From: Elusimicrobiota bacterium
GTDB lineage: Bacteria > Elusimicrobiota > Elusimicrobia > F11
Assembly (NCBI GenBank): GCA_044221725.1
Contig: JBGAON010000005.1
Coordinates: 192,001-256,000 of the forward strand
DNA length: 64,000 nucleotides
Reading direction: 5' to 3'
Below the pieces are notes generated by a model. That model was given only the letters and a program-made list of their open reading frames with translations. It made no database searches and was not told the DNA's origin. Below are positions 63,201 through 64,000 of the stretch, piece after piece. The position numbers were made by a program, and so were the translations under genes. The stretch's first letter is position 1; each line of letters begins with the position of its first letter.

Positions 63201-64000
63201 GAAGGTAGCACGAGTTGGAGCTTGCTTGACTCGCGCGGTTCCTACTATGAGTCAGGCCCGGACATCGGAAAGATTAATCGGGCCGTGGTCCCGCGCACTT
63301 ACGGTGGAAGTTGGCAGCGCAATTTTGATGGAACCTCGGTGCGCAGCGATAGCGTGACCGAGAACGACCTGGTCGTTTGGGCAACGTCGGGACGCGTCGT
63401 GCCGCGCAGCGTCACCAATACCAGTTGGACAACGAATTGGACGAACCGATCGGCTTGGGCGATTGCCGGGGTTCCCATTATTGGTCTCGACGCCAACGGA
63501 AATTCTGTGGCGGGTCTCGATCGTGTTTGGGGTGGAAACAGTTTTGAGACGCCCTACGAAGGACCGACCGGATGGCAACGGACCATCGGCACCACGTACT
63601 TTGCAAACTCTGACAACACGATGCGCGCGTACAACGAGTACGGTCGTCCGACAACCGTGGCGCCTTGGAGCGTGTCCAAGTCGCAGCGTTTCAATTCGCT
63701 TGGCGTTCCGGGCGTGGACATCAACTACGACGCATCGATTTCGTACGGAACGTCGAACGCGATTATTTGGAATCGCACCGGTGTGCAGCGCTCCGAAATT
63801 CAAGTCACGCAAAGTTGGAGCGCTACCACCGCATTCGATGCGTCGTTCCGGAATTACAGTTTCGACCACCCGAACATTTCGGATTTGACCGGCGAAGGCA
63901 GCACGAGCTGGAGTTTGCTTGATTCGCGTGGCTCCTATTTTGAAAACGGTGGGGACATCGGGAAAATAAATCGTGCGGTGGCGCCACGGACGTACGGCGG
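27210..64000 (+). CDS. Giant (>12,263 aa, 3'-truncated) probably exported YD-like/beta-repeat protein
   Basis: ATG 27210 is the first start after an in-frame TGA at 27177. It reads MNPKTQKKLKKFIAIVLCAVEVNSQVIFAG... Segments I translated in this frame read without stops up to ...GKINRAVAPRTYG at the window end. The ORF track lists no terminated ORF in this frame after 27210, consistent with no stop. T/S/N/D/G-rich with YDxxGR motifs. Confidence 0.95.
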   Translation, partial: MNPKTQKKLKKFIAIVLCAVEVNSQVIFAGVPVWMGVPPGVEPIQQRLLRLGKKVAQDAAQTGLNIFHGFAYPDRIQFDPRGRTDYPEESRTSPESASREDKRQMDILRQMEELQIFQEETFSNRPQLPGAQPEVLDTISTYKLNTNVGRELKRVREDLTKKREAYDADLDSLRRAIKGAGGSVKTERDGGRYYYIHGLLAAIIGQRLVDGNNQITTVDTRRIKYDKERRLQSGSTRIARDTQGNVTVTVRTNVKYSADSNEHGKQIVTSYVETTIDPNGNVSTVERENIQYLDPSPHKINGEDKRGQYVTAYDEISTDQFGNKTTTRFENGKYQRYGDNWYLTAFDQTSTDADKNTTVTHRRDAAYVFNPNFRKLNGGRTTREEYLLDHYTQVVTDPKGLVSTQLWQNARYDANDNLVSYNQTNLNSDNALATITEFRKGAYDKYGRQVAFDRTEKFADGTSIHTTRLNTTFNKIGDTLAYSEITDGDDGYLVRTDRFGIDYNRKRQQLSYRETRIDQNGIVIDDTWSALQDGLKDDAVAELGEKGYDKRGRLIGFEKTTTSGNVTENQRTTNITFDLRGGQMDSLVRTTMRTNRGDGSDIGSNDIVHWVDTHRLETKYGADGQVVSYKDRILDWGINTSDNEIVRDLRIDVDRSDISLTGFFEKRVTTGGAKRAEYGQNTAEAIEATTTNLQTNTVYDGSGRVFSYNQVSTDSNTNKITASAFSNLAYDAQNHLLHSKEEADEAYLAADGAMQSEGRLHRVTTRAALVYDGFDRILDAQTNTHTSTTGTDITINANRKSVKYNALGDVADYTEAVVSNASANLTETTHWQGTNYSVLGRLKSSKQTLHREGTDADGTVLDTNRTTVTTGIQYDLRNRLTDYDELVTSDESPDLKTTNVVRNITYDSRDHQMIGTQTTIREGNGMNEISIAMRDHITTNADGVVDGYQETTLTPDGVQATNVVANVVWTGWGHNEQILEKHTTSITNEATGITTTTDYRATFDQFGRVIQTDEDARRQGAGVDQHTQRQVLMNFDTVGLINIRRDVTTRLDPSPLLNPSVELVTTVLQNFVYDRHGRESSVYEKNQTAGTLPSGESYARETTTLKNNIAYNGLGREVNYQQTLRSSDSPDLVTTTLRGAIAYNLQGQQLGYTDTVHELGGDIDNTFTTIRSGLTYTGSHLAHSNDQTFDGTVQSANQVTRTLDTTLAYDNASGLVTSNTQVASETGAGLNHVKTTVHNGIVYDRNGTELTYANTITDNATPDITQTVVRTDATLVRGILTGYTESTRNLSADGTSRDTLLVMRHTALGYDNFARLVSDKFVEQNIYGETLEHLRTQGYDTTGHVNDTNERIATRGTNITTETHRANIRFTRRGDQASYTETQTSSASAGLVTTIDWQAQGGVRDGYGANGLLFGFHQVEHRVGAEINETIDLTRSNLTYTRTAQQASYRDVRIDSAAPDVRESVDWRIADGGYNGVGDQTHYFTTTTRSDISQNGQHLNVTNQQEFQAAFNRIGQQTRVLTTSHETGLGLDATTIEDRSNIQYDAHNRSTGYDLLQTDAYGNVTHTIRTGGDYDDRGHLLVYHEEIDDPSYDGSGKLLHRTVDWSSTGTNADGLLFGFRKTEVELDENGNPVPRRTTVTDRSNLHYTTGGQEAGYHEETDQVWQDGSRTFSALDRTGESYNALGQLRAWNESGHTITYQGSAVLRDNVVATNWTAGDANGVGAYAQNGRLARYHQEVSNTSLRETLQTTETTDWQAINFNLKGWVTEYNQTVQRSGMSDEVLGLPSEWDLLTALQRAEWLSSFNFVLPDGSIVPWNSLPTLARVDLVATGRTDKLVAGQVIRLSDLQIERRLGSRVATHRSNVQFNSQGLATSYHEDVNDNDLSTKRDWTGGDFDARGRAATIHEVTVGVSGERTISDRDRVLYDLQARVMGYHEITTTSANDIRTDQVVYMHYDALGRLSEQDRYAHEVSQDGGGIDRFTNTHLRGITYNGFDQQVSNTQVQYDMNGIVIDGQSYGWDNHFVGGPTLTDEQRYLISIGRAISNQVVNVTSLRGINYDLNGRQSGYVSFQFQSGKLPTGQTAANGSSILETAQAVVRSNAQYYGASGIQPGGLLSSYREISRNTVAQLQTITQTNGIQYNDAGQRASFATQTQLKNDIPGQEVDRTVSSFRGNIEYNKAGLQTSAIDNSIENDLRTTNVTQTLRYDARGRALETRTTTITEGSATTDAYMIAGREMDPLELAQLLEMNPGSSVADLVALGIIQIQNNVPHRVSEMSTNHRVGIQYDNLDRQVDYTEETLAPGNVFTRTHFYGIGFDDHGRQTTFRTHTQTSGRTLLYFVAGQQVAPDALAKLLIAQNITIWDALAQGLVTTSFATNPLTDRADTFRTEMSYDTNGNLTHYRDTITEIRGGLAEQRTNIVDSTYNRFNKVATQRTQSHTTQNVGGTENTSDSDNLITYFYDNGGNVRGGQGHSVNSTYDPTTQTRTTSESDDVYTMIGSQARNSVSTISTRTRNGDGSETNSLTTRVNNYDPLDGAVLSAYEVGQSETVDGVTKSRTTSITRQISTAVNGELKTALTLNSSHTDNADASTRDVLYAITSNTYNANGWLTGAQGYEEAISKDGNGGETFSQAHQTYEIIGDRARLLDADTDSITRWIDHASEGPQTISHSHNHYTNNQRTGVVESALENVTFTTTEPLITTDENGNVLASVTQTTTGTTTNRYDDVYFGQAKLTRSTTVSDLTHPDGTTTRDNRVTHYHYNSQGRLTSADGSGDSLTTSYTETGALYSEATTSTIYSYEVINDQARLKQTDATTTTQNKMAADGTNSVQTNRVIYDNDRLTGRVLSASGTGTFTNNDWGVLNTNLTGGQTGRVSTTTGTLLQEYVLVRGEAKLKRSVSTATTIAYDGTRTNATTTTINIYDALGRLIGGTSDSHSTNNEFDYSSPNTVVSETVSDSTQRMVVIAGELRALYSNTHSHTVPKATNGTALGYTDQDIRVDFTYDPNTGRVTGAHGAGRSLGIDSFGNVTVGTIDQKYTVIANQARMTESQTVNDTENTDLSTNHQVTLIVNTYAANGLLQSSTGSGFFVSDNGFGDASEGDISQSFFIIGGQAKIATSTTNTFSTGSDGGSSSQSLTVSYRYDALGRLTGATGNGTVDSFDAQGNITTGVIRQTYEILLNQARLKTSTTDTTVTAPDDVVTNESIVVTYTNSTVTGLVTGATGAGTFRTFDPNANTTVNGTVRQSYVVIAGQAKLLDQYSLANGVTYNAVTQQFENVPAGAHTDSVTHNEYDARGVLLNSFSVSRQINSAGEVTYSRQNAVYDTVNGLRTAGHLYGLTERRGTNDTVIESTYFDTEETYIALPHISLLGQEVTEARRASSFTRSDTTNIDGGDQHSEIQTFYAYDDQGRLVETNANGERTYGQGFTVSHSGFDPNGIPYDEVRTEINQTYEVVRIGNGVAKLKTSTSVSDTYHYGSNSASAIPAWAAQQATLLLRSGKNLGVMPWLGLSGIDQNTAILGDRAGTTNHQELSIVYVNDNRARVVSGDGIGFSKSVDRYGNTTNTRLYQSYVGIANQARLRTATNISDTLNTDSSTQHQELTTSYELNNRTGRILNIQGNGTFRSSDGFGNLTSGTLTQTYVQAFIRLYQLARMETSLSESDTSNRDGTTTHASTLTTNTYNANTRLVQIDGNGTFTTNDHGNLTTGVTRQIYDDFRNGDANNLLFLTGQARVRVQSTRSTTANVDRSTGFQYVEQTNAHDTWDASIKSSVGQGITNSFDGYRGNTIGRIDQTYVIVNGQAKLSETTTETTTADATDMASDVFKPIDTGTLAAARSQFDSLTNKSDDPTVLAHKNLDGTWTNQTMKVTYAYDAFGRLLAASGIGQTLSDDGYGDVSLGMTGNRTTGTIQQIYRIINNQAKLINSITDSVTRYHDGSVNEQHMNVASTYDANGVVRGSIGNGTYRSSDKFGNDTRGRITQYFDTDVLRRTGLAKIRETTTDSRTVNVDGSTAEQFMSVITTYDADGRILDGVDADGNFIGVVATGRSLTNDGYGNLTNSTIAQYYDRRLTLAIGAAKLLHTVTLGHVTNRDGSTAESRSVTTNVMDQTSGKLLDLHGTAHMEGVDLFANRTITDTTQEYDEEVLRITGLTRLDTATNIVQAFNRDGSTSYQTSNSRLAWDKNGLAVLENGVGNNAVTSGDSKTESNDGYSNWNGSTAVQTYIVVNGQHRVVETNTRSFTLAANFKHGDPLVLGFNIDNTQNVSDSRVTNTYDSLGRLIASAGSSDGTTLERRTDGTITTDIVTNNHTEQIYTVMFGQPKLFEQRSHTWSTSLDLVRSDQEMTIRYSYDVNGMSLGGVGEGMSSTFDSFGNATYGRTVQTLSPVLGQAKVTNVHNETTSVNIDGSRGFQTSDVTTEFDENGRYKNVYGVGSIRNDDGYGNITTGTTRQIFDLNLLAMHGQQKVLQNISDTLLQNKDGGTTTTHSEQTNTYDANGILVDAAGLITFTTNDGFGNIVVGETRQQYDRRLLLATGLLRVDLSTTHSVGTNLDGSTSEQVSVTSFAFNRQGFAVVDGGFWSQTRTYGESASRSSDNFGNVTTSGSFAQNSNGNWVLTSPAESYQTYVVIAGQARVLTSVNTTHTVDTWDPPNGPSNTQTVTVTNQYDLRTGRLVGASGIGTFTSNDGNNNITTGTLRQTFLIVNGQAKISVSDTFTKTASLDGSSNEQRVVVSYTYDDNGLLIAAHGEGNGTANDGFFNMTTTVIDQSYAVIAGQARVTETVTRSLTKNRDGSTNSQIARVFNRYQNSTGLLAATIGSATFVSNDGYNNITTGDVRQLYAVIRNQSRLTDTFTVSNTLNLNRSTNHSEQHVSYFYNDVNAITGRLTGRLTGASGEGTFLSQDQFGNVTNGTTLQTYVVINGQAKVLTNTTNSVTANLDGSNSSQNLVVTNTYDLTTGLLKSAAGVGTNRGDDGYGNITLGTMAQTFALIAGQAKLTVNATSSKTTNHDDSTNSQSVSVSYYYDENGVLLSARGAGTSLAFDGFKGYTAGRVTQTYRIINGQAVVAQSNQLSWTSNANGDGSYDDASITNIDGSWVRSSNDTLFDYNDLGELIGATGSGTSFSFDGTLNYTASTLSQIYQIIRGGAKVVESINTSWSSALSDLASYDDPHGQTDGNWTRSINHTYSTYNGFGRLTSMRGDGIGLSFDGFNYNANTVVQTYDLDLLTRLGLQKVATTVTRSFSSNKNGEGSYARPVLNPDLTGVRQENTVRYSYDREKGKLNGATADGVSENFDDFGNRTNGTTTTTYLQSAIDELGQLKVGQTVSNSLTTNRDGSTVQQNMTVVYAYDATFRLAKNNPAVGNGWSLSNDGYGNYVKGLIAQAYINVLGQAKLATTTTKSFTSNANGDGTFEAILTGAPAVTNADGSFTFQTSVTENEYTAGGRLAAVNGRSASLANDGNNNWTASGKLRLVAGDSLGDILEAGSEQEYTVINNQAKLTRTHSRTYTSDARMNGSFGSPAQNIDRSWTRQDLTVTYTYDANGLVTGAAGVGKGLTNDGSRADGTGNYQASFINQSYTVVNGQARLQKNVTESFTSNAKGEGSAADPVPGTDDAWVSNTSTVLYGYDTNGRLNQATGTSKGLSNDGSDHFTANSGVDDYVILIGQARVVRSIVDSFTSDRSGNGSATVPLKNADGSFSRNHTITDRSYNALGQLTNISANGNSLQDDGIGDTTESDFVQIFEDPRLVAGLSKVLQVTTHSVTRNLDGSVSESNNVQASLYTGDTTTVQNGVLTVARAQTRNGILVDSIAVGRSLSNDGYNRYSLSISVQDFDEEIQSRLGLTKIKSNLSQTFSSDANGGGSYAVNPAPGLTGPIALADGTWSRQQLTLNYAYSVGGKLNAAQGVGTSVNFDGFAGYTAATITQTYVILSGETKISKNVTDSFTANWIQNQTTGEFEATGSFNAPAKNVDDSWNREHLEVDYDYYDSGRLKNAVGFGTTLADDGFGNLTKAIVTQTFDHETIVRLGRALLTSSRTQSFNVSTIGDDLNTTITMNNFVRWNGSSWVGAKNSDDTWGWSETSVTNTYDKLGRLVATTGSGRSLSTDGFNNFSGGQVVQDFVIQNGRALLVLSHNRSFTATLPDFSNIAQFDGSFTDPKRDVDLSRSVQELNVEQRYDAGGKLVYVHATGFGQGDDGFDNTTSSNIDQSYNLDALTKFGQVKVSDVVTLTEARNKDRSTSSSRSVTSNTHNALTGKLTGGSSSSHSGSNDGSGNITVSDTTDTMVLTSFGQLKRTASHTTSTTIGTDNSKNMDDTTLAFAYTPGWKLETQNSAVGGGTFRSYVLNNGQYELTGVGSIVQKYDAPHGRLKITVSNRLTESTTGEKSSQLDLNNLPQGLRGTVYWNSSSQFIGGDFNDQVNGDSYIVYQQDGSWYLKFLRTGGTTAVFALDSQIDANGVITLSVTNSDITFMLTGVTNNGTVINPRLNIERPDVLTNTYQLAGENALDVYHDNVRFRDGLHELAISHNASGGIETIGYLDATGVNFILQRLGGNSAHVGYVVWNPNTQDFDRIESFGTFDDATLTFTSANGDSIKLAQTAADKFEIDVVLAGFGATPTTRTLVEFEQTNGRDNQMQVLASSFQYDPVDDRLINAWSSGSFAGQAGNGDISIGTIRNTHVIINNQSKILVSHRHVDTTNLDGSSSIVDEDTRNIFDGSDGRQLSATGHAVTESRDGFGNSTFSIADRTYEMVAGQARIVKQTTRAESYDIDQRLLSVTDPYTQVNRYDANGRLQSVTDEAGSDTVLLHQYSFDYGYNKGVMLNDALSVTESVVRQKFTVIEEQARLLESTTKARTTLPDGSVSDQNSRLENTYSKRGILLGALGTTNTTTNDPYGNQTESIVKQSFKVIRDQAKLATQSTEVFSRDPEGHTTSHQLPVSLVYNYDTLGLLQSVTDWRGRSDIRSETQGFDWAFDDSSGMRQLIQTGRSVTQTVQTYRVINNQARIDTQQNETFGYDNQSTVTSPNGHVVTHIVYGPSKFGYDGQARLMRVSDATASEPSDNVISVVTDRYDYSDASRPDEATSHSVQFSEQSYGVIAGQSRSVTDTEMVANTYDWNGRLTQELISPYVQTTLYGDGVSRIVYQGNGRTVKMLDGIGMVLGVVGDVGTTAVASQTRSYEYADSTQSNFATSISESVNTQTYSVVSGQSRLTSSVATTTTTGADGAVSDLVSTNFNIYDKNARLIEAYTHTNSASHSGFNASGLAWDTTTSESDSRNLIINGQSRAGLTVTHSTTVGADGSRNEQNGEQTFAYNRYGQLLGANSNGTFVSHSGFEADGSAWDETNGTTRTAFAVIRGQARQVDNWSIASTTVRDGTTTQSVTHTHNAYNSDAQLVLTDGADQTLGESASLADDGWGNKTYSGVLSANGQEIVTAGTQQTFEIILGQARMVKSVAASQTFSLDGGTQRQQTITTFTFDRFGHLTGSMGRGSFVSDDQSLTTTFGDPTAGTGNFLDYEVINNQARLLKSTSISDSTAVDGSPSRSISVTSYTNNGMTGKLEGATGMNASIAFDSEGNITQSGLINNLTVVAGRPSAEIAVAGGLNTFAVMFGQARQVLANTNTVTSNIDGSETSQNLSTFTEYRLDSGRLKTQRGEGTWTTTDPLGNITAGLVRQEFDVITGQARLTASDSFRTSAGPLFAHTNASVRNTYNANGTLVRAATLSENYSADGLLSVSNTESTYQFDANNHRTAGTITSDVKRYDYDAYGGADLSVAVERVRSVSDETYSQFGVVFGPWSFDITRRTGVHAVSDQSSMDSAYSHQDIQTTYTYDTVNGSPTMGQVISAHGVGTGISHAGNDTPEADWENVNSADWWDTTHSLIDQTYTIIPLVVGPYTVNIAKQAANTTKSETVGRDSSYNQQVLRVTNNYRLDGLRIVLDSAHGDGEILEAHSGGDGTIPFRGADNSSSLDEHAWYDTSVGTISQDYVVFFGTLAKLRHVRNESTNVTREGAFSQSVSDQFNTYTPYGKLIGASGDSTQTSHSGSDIQFLFDADSSDSNSPRVLPTNWKTKTADARAAFLALLGSIAATHDGHLNPNPINPWWDSTTATTHSTYAILRGQQARVMSSDTDSTTFAIDGGLSIGSTHTDNVYDRRNRLVSAIANGSQVNDDGNGNYTLTTNKQIFTAVNGQARVSESFSASDPASADGSVSHQASYTKTGYTRDGRVDASQTSGKTASWSIDAEGNITTSGDFDTNGYVDPVKTPDNYQTFVVLNGQAKVRTTHSVSHTDNIDGSIFEQTLDVDNVYELTHEPANNRFIGRLKDGVGRGSWSADDGDGNITTGGIAQDYDFIAGQNRLVRSAQYRGIAPQTPGIVRDQNGIWVNIPAPLYNQPAGAIYAHQENYTEIRYDTNGAILWNQNASDVFNNEGFLSHSFQIARYDRVQLSDGRWVRTTGHIDGRTSQYDYNSPAGTIDLSAAIGLTYFNTIETYEQLAAVQWPITVTRRTHVSTDSRNYDLAGSYNRQNVITDYTYDDRAVLDTAHGHGSFVTHSGRDVEIPGDIEASWRATLQSNPEQVWDTTIGTVDNHFRVTKFGPHNDVGIARQDRSQSISNTVGRDFSYTHNENITYQAFAPAKRPDNWPTDQRFVPFGLVLQADLNGNGQIDDNVDGSNTYEKTESVGTTLSHSGHNANDLNAPASLALDLAALQFMTESDIRTLGNLMVADQATYQGWWDTTNGTNHTAYVDPAKTFNSLKVETQTSNSLTTSRDGSQTISDNTVTYKYGRHRLPTGTPLTSSLIYGATNDGALLLGAYGVGSSIQDDGNGNLTVTATEQRYTVTRGQRAQVSESLSVSDSSGSDGGVSHQLSLVKFHYDNRGRLDANLPAEGFGANFAIDGDGNITSGGAIGTKLASEITPFDVTDEKVLAFVADASGAPQFNAAEGIVGSYGSRQTFTVVNGQARAIETNSVNRIDGSDGSVQIQKTKVTNAYNAIGQLALSANGRETAGTGTWVTYDADPAIANGLGNATRGGIWTDFNIVIGQARVVHSQQNVGLLRLAPNLTRDTNDSDNDGDTLEWVDVSAPLFNQTVGALHAHSENYSETFYDADGVITLSQSANNNFSNDEIVTHSWQKAEYLRVPFEGRMVRTDGFITGKTFRYDYDASAGTIDTSQELEKTVFDTHEIYQLFGPNNVVRRAETDTNSVSYGMDGSYNKQNLVVNYTWDNLTAKLRGAVGTGGFVSHSGRDDEGRTWENTIANHQNEIWDTTSGALEQHFRVYDFGPTDKNGEQPVGIARVVETVNVTDTVGRDLSYSHARSVNTTDYDARTLRLVSASGTVDSVTHSGSNTALLDPFTTANNVNVNANTSTWQTLAAQKSDWWDEGVQHTAQTYKIIYNQQKLLQTVTDSSTQSKDLSTSWQQMIVDYKYGRTRPVSPRDSDPTTAWENALNSSAVYGATNNGPLMLGAYGHGTFGSQDGAGSITVGSIEQKFRVVRGQQARLGSQTTVSDSTAADGSPSHSLNTVKYFYNERNGRLDKDHVGGPAIGYGASWSVDQEGATTLSGALRTKFVNEATPYDVTNEKAVAFLDIDGDLPSGLSDLNQRIGIIEANGASVSTLAGQLGLRQTFRFVAGQARLEDSTNISRTEGVDGSFNITRTTVHNIYDESARLGGGQLIGATGAGRWATWNDTEGFRVGAAPGYPPYGTIWQHYAALGGQARLLESKQQRGEVELSPNFSPSLPGGDWDISAGATLYGAAIGPDPIYAHIESYVRNDYTADGVLLESRNASENYSTDGLMNRAIQNSIYTVKNFTDSQGNIYTVRDQGVIRGRTNRFAYDHDVPSGQWIVDTTQPLDNSWFNTVETYSTWELAGPVRPNILTRRMFTDTESESTSIDTSLNHQWLATRYVYDLNGVLTDAHGTGHFYSNSGRSPLNGQAYDLTEGRIDQNYEIINVSPGSIAPELRVGVARLKEVATDQRTLSIDGSRNVSHSVITYVNSPLTTRLVSASGTSNFSSSDQFGNASSGRTDQEFVVRANQARLWRSTTNSWSDDSTRLNTWSAELSNVVPSEIPPARVGPIRSTTLSGAGTFENPAENRDGTKSRQTMVVTNAYNRYGRLVNEADMLINGNVQHVKTEGNGTSWSFDGLFAFNGATVHQDFMITRSQQTRLSRVDNYGFSTDENDSNRYGFTNPYVNPLTGEWNISHTAVDYSQSYDRFGRLTGVAPFAASPNVSDPFVNMALSYDGISNFTRTEINTVNDETIWLNSGQAKTAQSVATSYTVQLAQNNPSFRFQDYIGTFDNPGLSATGWQRSIGTTYYRSDNNSRRVYDESGRVVGQAPWSVTKSQRFNALGIPGVDINYDASISYGSTNDLIWRETGAQRSDEQVTRSWSADADFANSFTNFSFDNPNISALTGEGSTSWSLLDSRGSYYTSGTNIGRINRDAAPRTYGGSWQHNFDGTAVRSDNVTENDVAVWAASGKVTPRTVTNTSWTTDWASRSAWTIPGVTVLGLDANGSQVAGLTAIWGGHSFDTPYVGPTGWQRSIGSTYFANADNSKRAYNLYGRPTGDAPWSITQSQRFNSLGVIGVDINYDASISYATSNNTIWQKTGTQRSDEQITKTWSATENFVDSFASFSFDNPNISALTGEGSTSWSVLDSRGSYFTSGPDIGKINRAVAPRSYGGSWQRNFDGTSVRSDSVTENDLVVWAASGRVTPRSVTNTSWTTDWTARSVWSVAGVPIVGLDAQGNSVAGLDRIWGGNSFDDPFEGPTGWQRSVSTSYFANPDNTKRAYNEYGRPTDVAPWSVTQSQRFNSLGIPGVDINYDASIGYGTSNSAIWQATGVQRSDIQVTQTWSAAQDFKASFTNYNFNNPNISSLTGEGSTSWSLLDSRGSYYESGVDIGKINRSVAPRSYGGSWQRSFDGTSVRSDSVTDNDLDVWAASGRISPRTVTTTSWTTDWTSHSAWTIAGVPVMGLDAQGNSVAGLDQIWGGDSFATPHEGPTGWQRSIGTTYFASSDNARRAYNLFGRPTGDAPWSITQSQRFNALGVPGVDVNYDASISYGTSNNVIWQATGVQRSDMQITQTWSSVADFVDSFTSFNFDNPAISPLTGEGSTSWSLLDSRGSYFESGSEIGRINREVAPRSYGGSWQRSFDGTAVRSDSITENDLSVWEVSGRVTPRSVTNTSWTTDWKTRSFWQIDNVPLMAFGSDGRTVVGLDRIWGGQSFDAPYEGPTGWQRSIGTTYFANANDSKRAYNLYGRPTNVAPWSVTKSQRFNSLGVPGVDINYDASISYGTNNNAIWQQTGVQRSELQTTKTWSAAADFNASFTNFTFDNPNISDLTGEGSTSWNVLDSRGSYLTSGPDIGKINRAVAPRSYGGSWQRTFDGTAVRSDSVTENDLVVWAASGRVTPRAITNTSWTTDSSARSAWTIAGVPLVGLDADGNSVVGLDAIWGGNSFGSPFEGPTGWQRSIGVTYFANADDSKRSYNEFGRPTDVAPWSITKSQRFNSLGVPGVDINYDASISYGTNNNAIWVATGVQRSDMQITQTWTAAADFNASFNNFSFDNPNISDLTGEGSTSWSLLDSRGSYFESGSEIGKINRAVAPRSYGGSWQRNFDGTAVRSDSVTENDAVVWAASGRVTPRSITNTSWTSDIATRSTWEIPGVSIAAFGADRNVVAGLDRVWGSNNFEDPFSGPTGWQRSIGTTYFANSDNSKRAYNQFGRPTDIAPWSVTKSQRYNALGIPGVDINYDASISYGTSNSAIWQATGVQRSEIQVTQTWSAVQNFVNSFTNYSFDNPNISDLTGEGSASWSLLDSRGSYFTTGADIGKINRAVAPRSYGGSWQHNFDGTAVRSDSVTENDLVVWAASGRVVPRSVTNTSWTTDWVSRSAWTIAGVSIVGLNAEGNSVARLDSIWGGNSFAAPYEGPTGWQRSVGTTYFANSDNSKRSYNNYGRPTDVAPWSISKSQRFNSLGIPGVDINYDASISYTTSNNSIWKATGVQRSDIQLTKTWSATAGFDASFTNFSFDNPNISDLTGEGSTSWSLLDSRGSYYESGPDIGKINRAVVPRTYGGSWQRNFDGTSVRSDSVTENDLVVWATSGRVVPRSVTNTSWTTNWTNRSAWAIAGVPIIGLDANGNSVAGLDRVWGGNSFETPYEGPTGWQRTIGTTYFANSDNTMRAYNEYGRPTTVAPWSVSKSQRFNSLGVPGVDINYDASISYGTSNAIIWNRTGVQRSEIQVTQSWSATTAFDASFRNYSFDHPNISDLTGEGSTSWSLLDSRGSYFENGGDIGKINRAVAPRTYG
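34600..57960 (+). repeat. Degenerate ~69-70-aa protein repeats (GQAR / DGS / YDxxGRL / DGFGN) inside the giant CDS
   Basis: [GN]QA[RK]-type codons at 36324, 36531, 36738, 36951 and at 41289, 41496, 41706, spaced 207-213 bp. Many other units are longer because of loop insertions. Confidence 0.85.
57990..64000 (+). repeat. Tandem 693-bp (231-aa) coding repeat, about 8.7 units, continuing past the window
   Basis: The GSTSW marker starts at 58353, 59046, 59739, 60432, 61125, 61818, 62511, 63204 and 63897, exactly 693 bp apart. Confidence 0.97.

Noticed and set aside
27260..63922. Numerous track ORFs in this region, including long minus-strand ones (58191..61031, 51522..53483, 49719..51050)
   Set aside because: They are shadow frames of the giant + strand CDS. 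Their R/V/A-rich translations merely mirror its codon bias and repeats.
57990..64000. CRISPR array or non-coding satellite
   Set aside because: The period is 693 bp, in frame, with synonymous variation and no short repeat-spacer structure.
27210..64000. Calling the giant protein an Rhs/Tc toxin
   Set aside because: YD-like turns are present, but I saw no Rhs-core terminal PxxxxDPxG motif, toxin domain or immunity gene. The C-terminus lies outside the window.

Overview
Bacterial window in three blocks. (1) 1-12 kb: two large membrane-bound multi-domain proteins for alpha-glucan metabolism. One is a 5'-truncated glycogen phosphorylase fusion. The other is a 2936-aa protein with a signal peptide, a TraB/ChaN-like domain, a GT5 glycogen synthase and a UDP-sugar pyrophosphorylase-like domain, separated by CPBP-like 4-TM modules. 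The two proteins share a C-terminal domain. (2) 12-27 kb: an Omp85/BamA-family barrel, a partial Tad/Flp pilus cluster, a UDP-glucuronate decarboxylase, a CHASE2 adenylate cyclase, an ABC-2 exporter and small exported proteins. (3) 27210 to beyond 64000: one uninterrupted + strand reading frame of at least 12,263 codons, absent from the ORF track because it has no stop in the window. It encodes a giant, probably exported beta-repeat protein with YD-like repeats, ~69-aa GQAR repeats, ~675-aa super-repeats and exact 231-aa (693-bp) Trp-rich tandem repeats. The 2936-aa gene and the giant gene carry the same promoter architecture (TTAAGGCnAAnTTAAG-N10-TAnAnT), which suggests one co-regulated surface or host-interaction system. 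This gene content resembles giant-gene lineages such as Omnitrophota or Elusimicrobiota, but taxonomy cannot be fixed from this window. No rRNA, tRNA, CRISPR array or mobile element was recognised.
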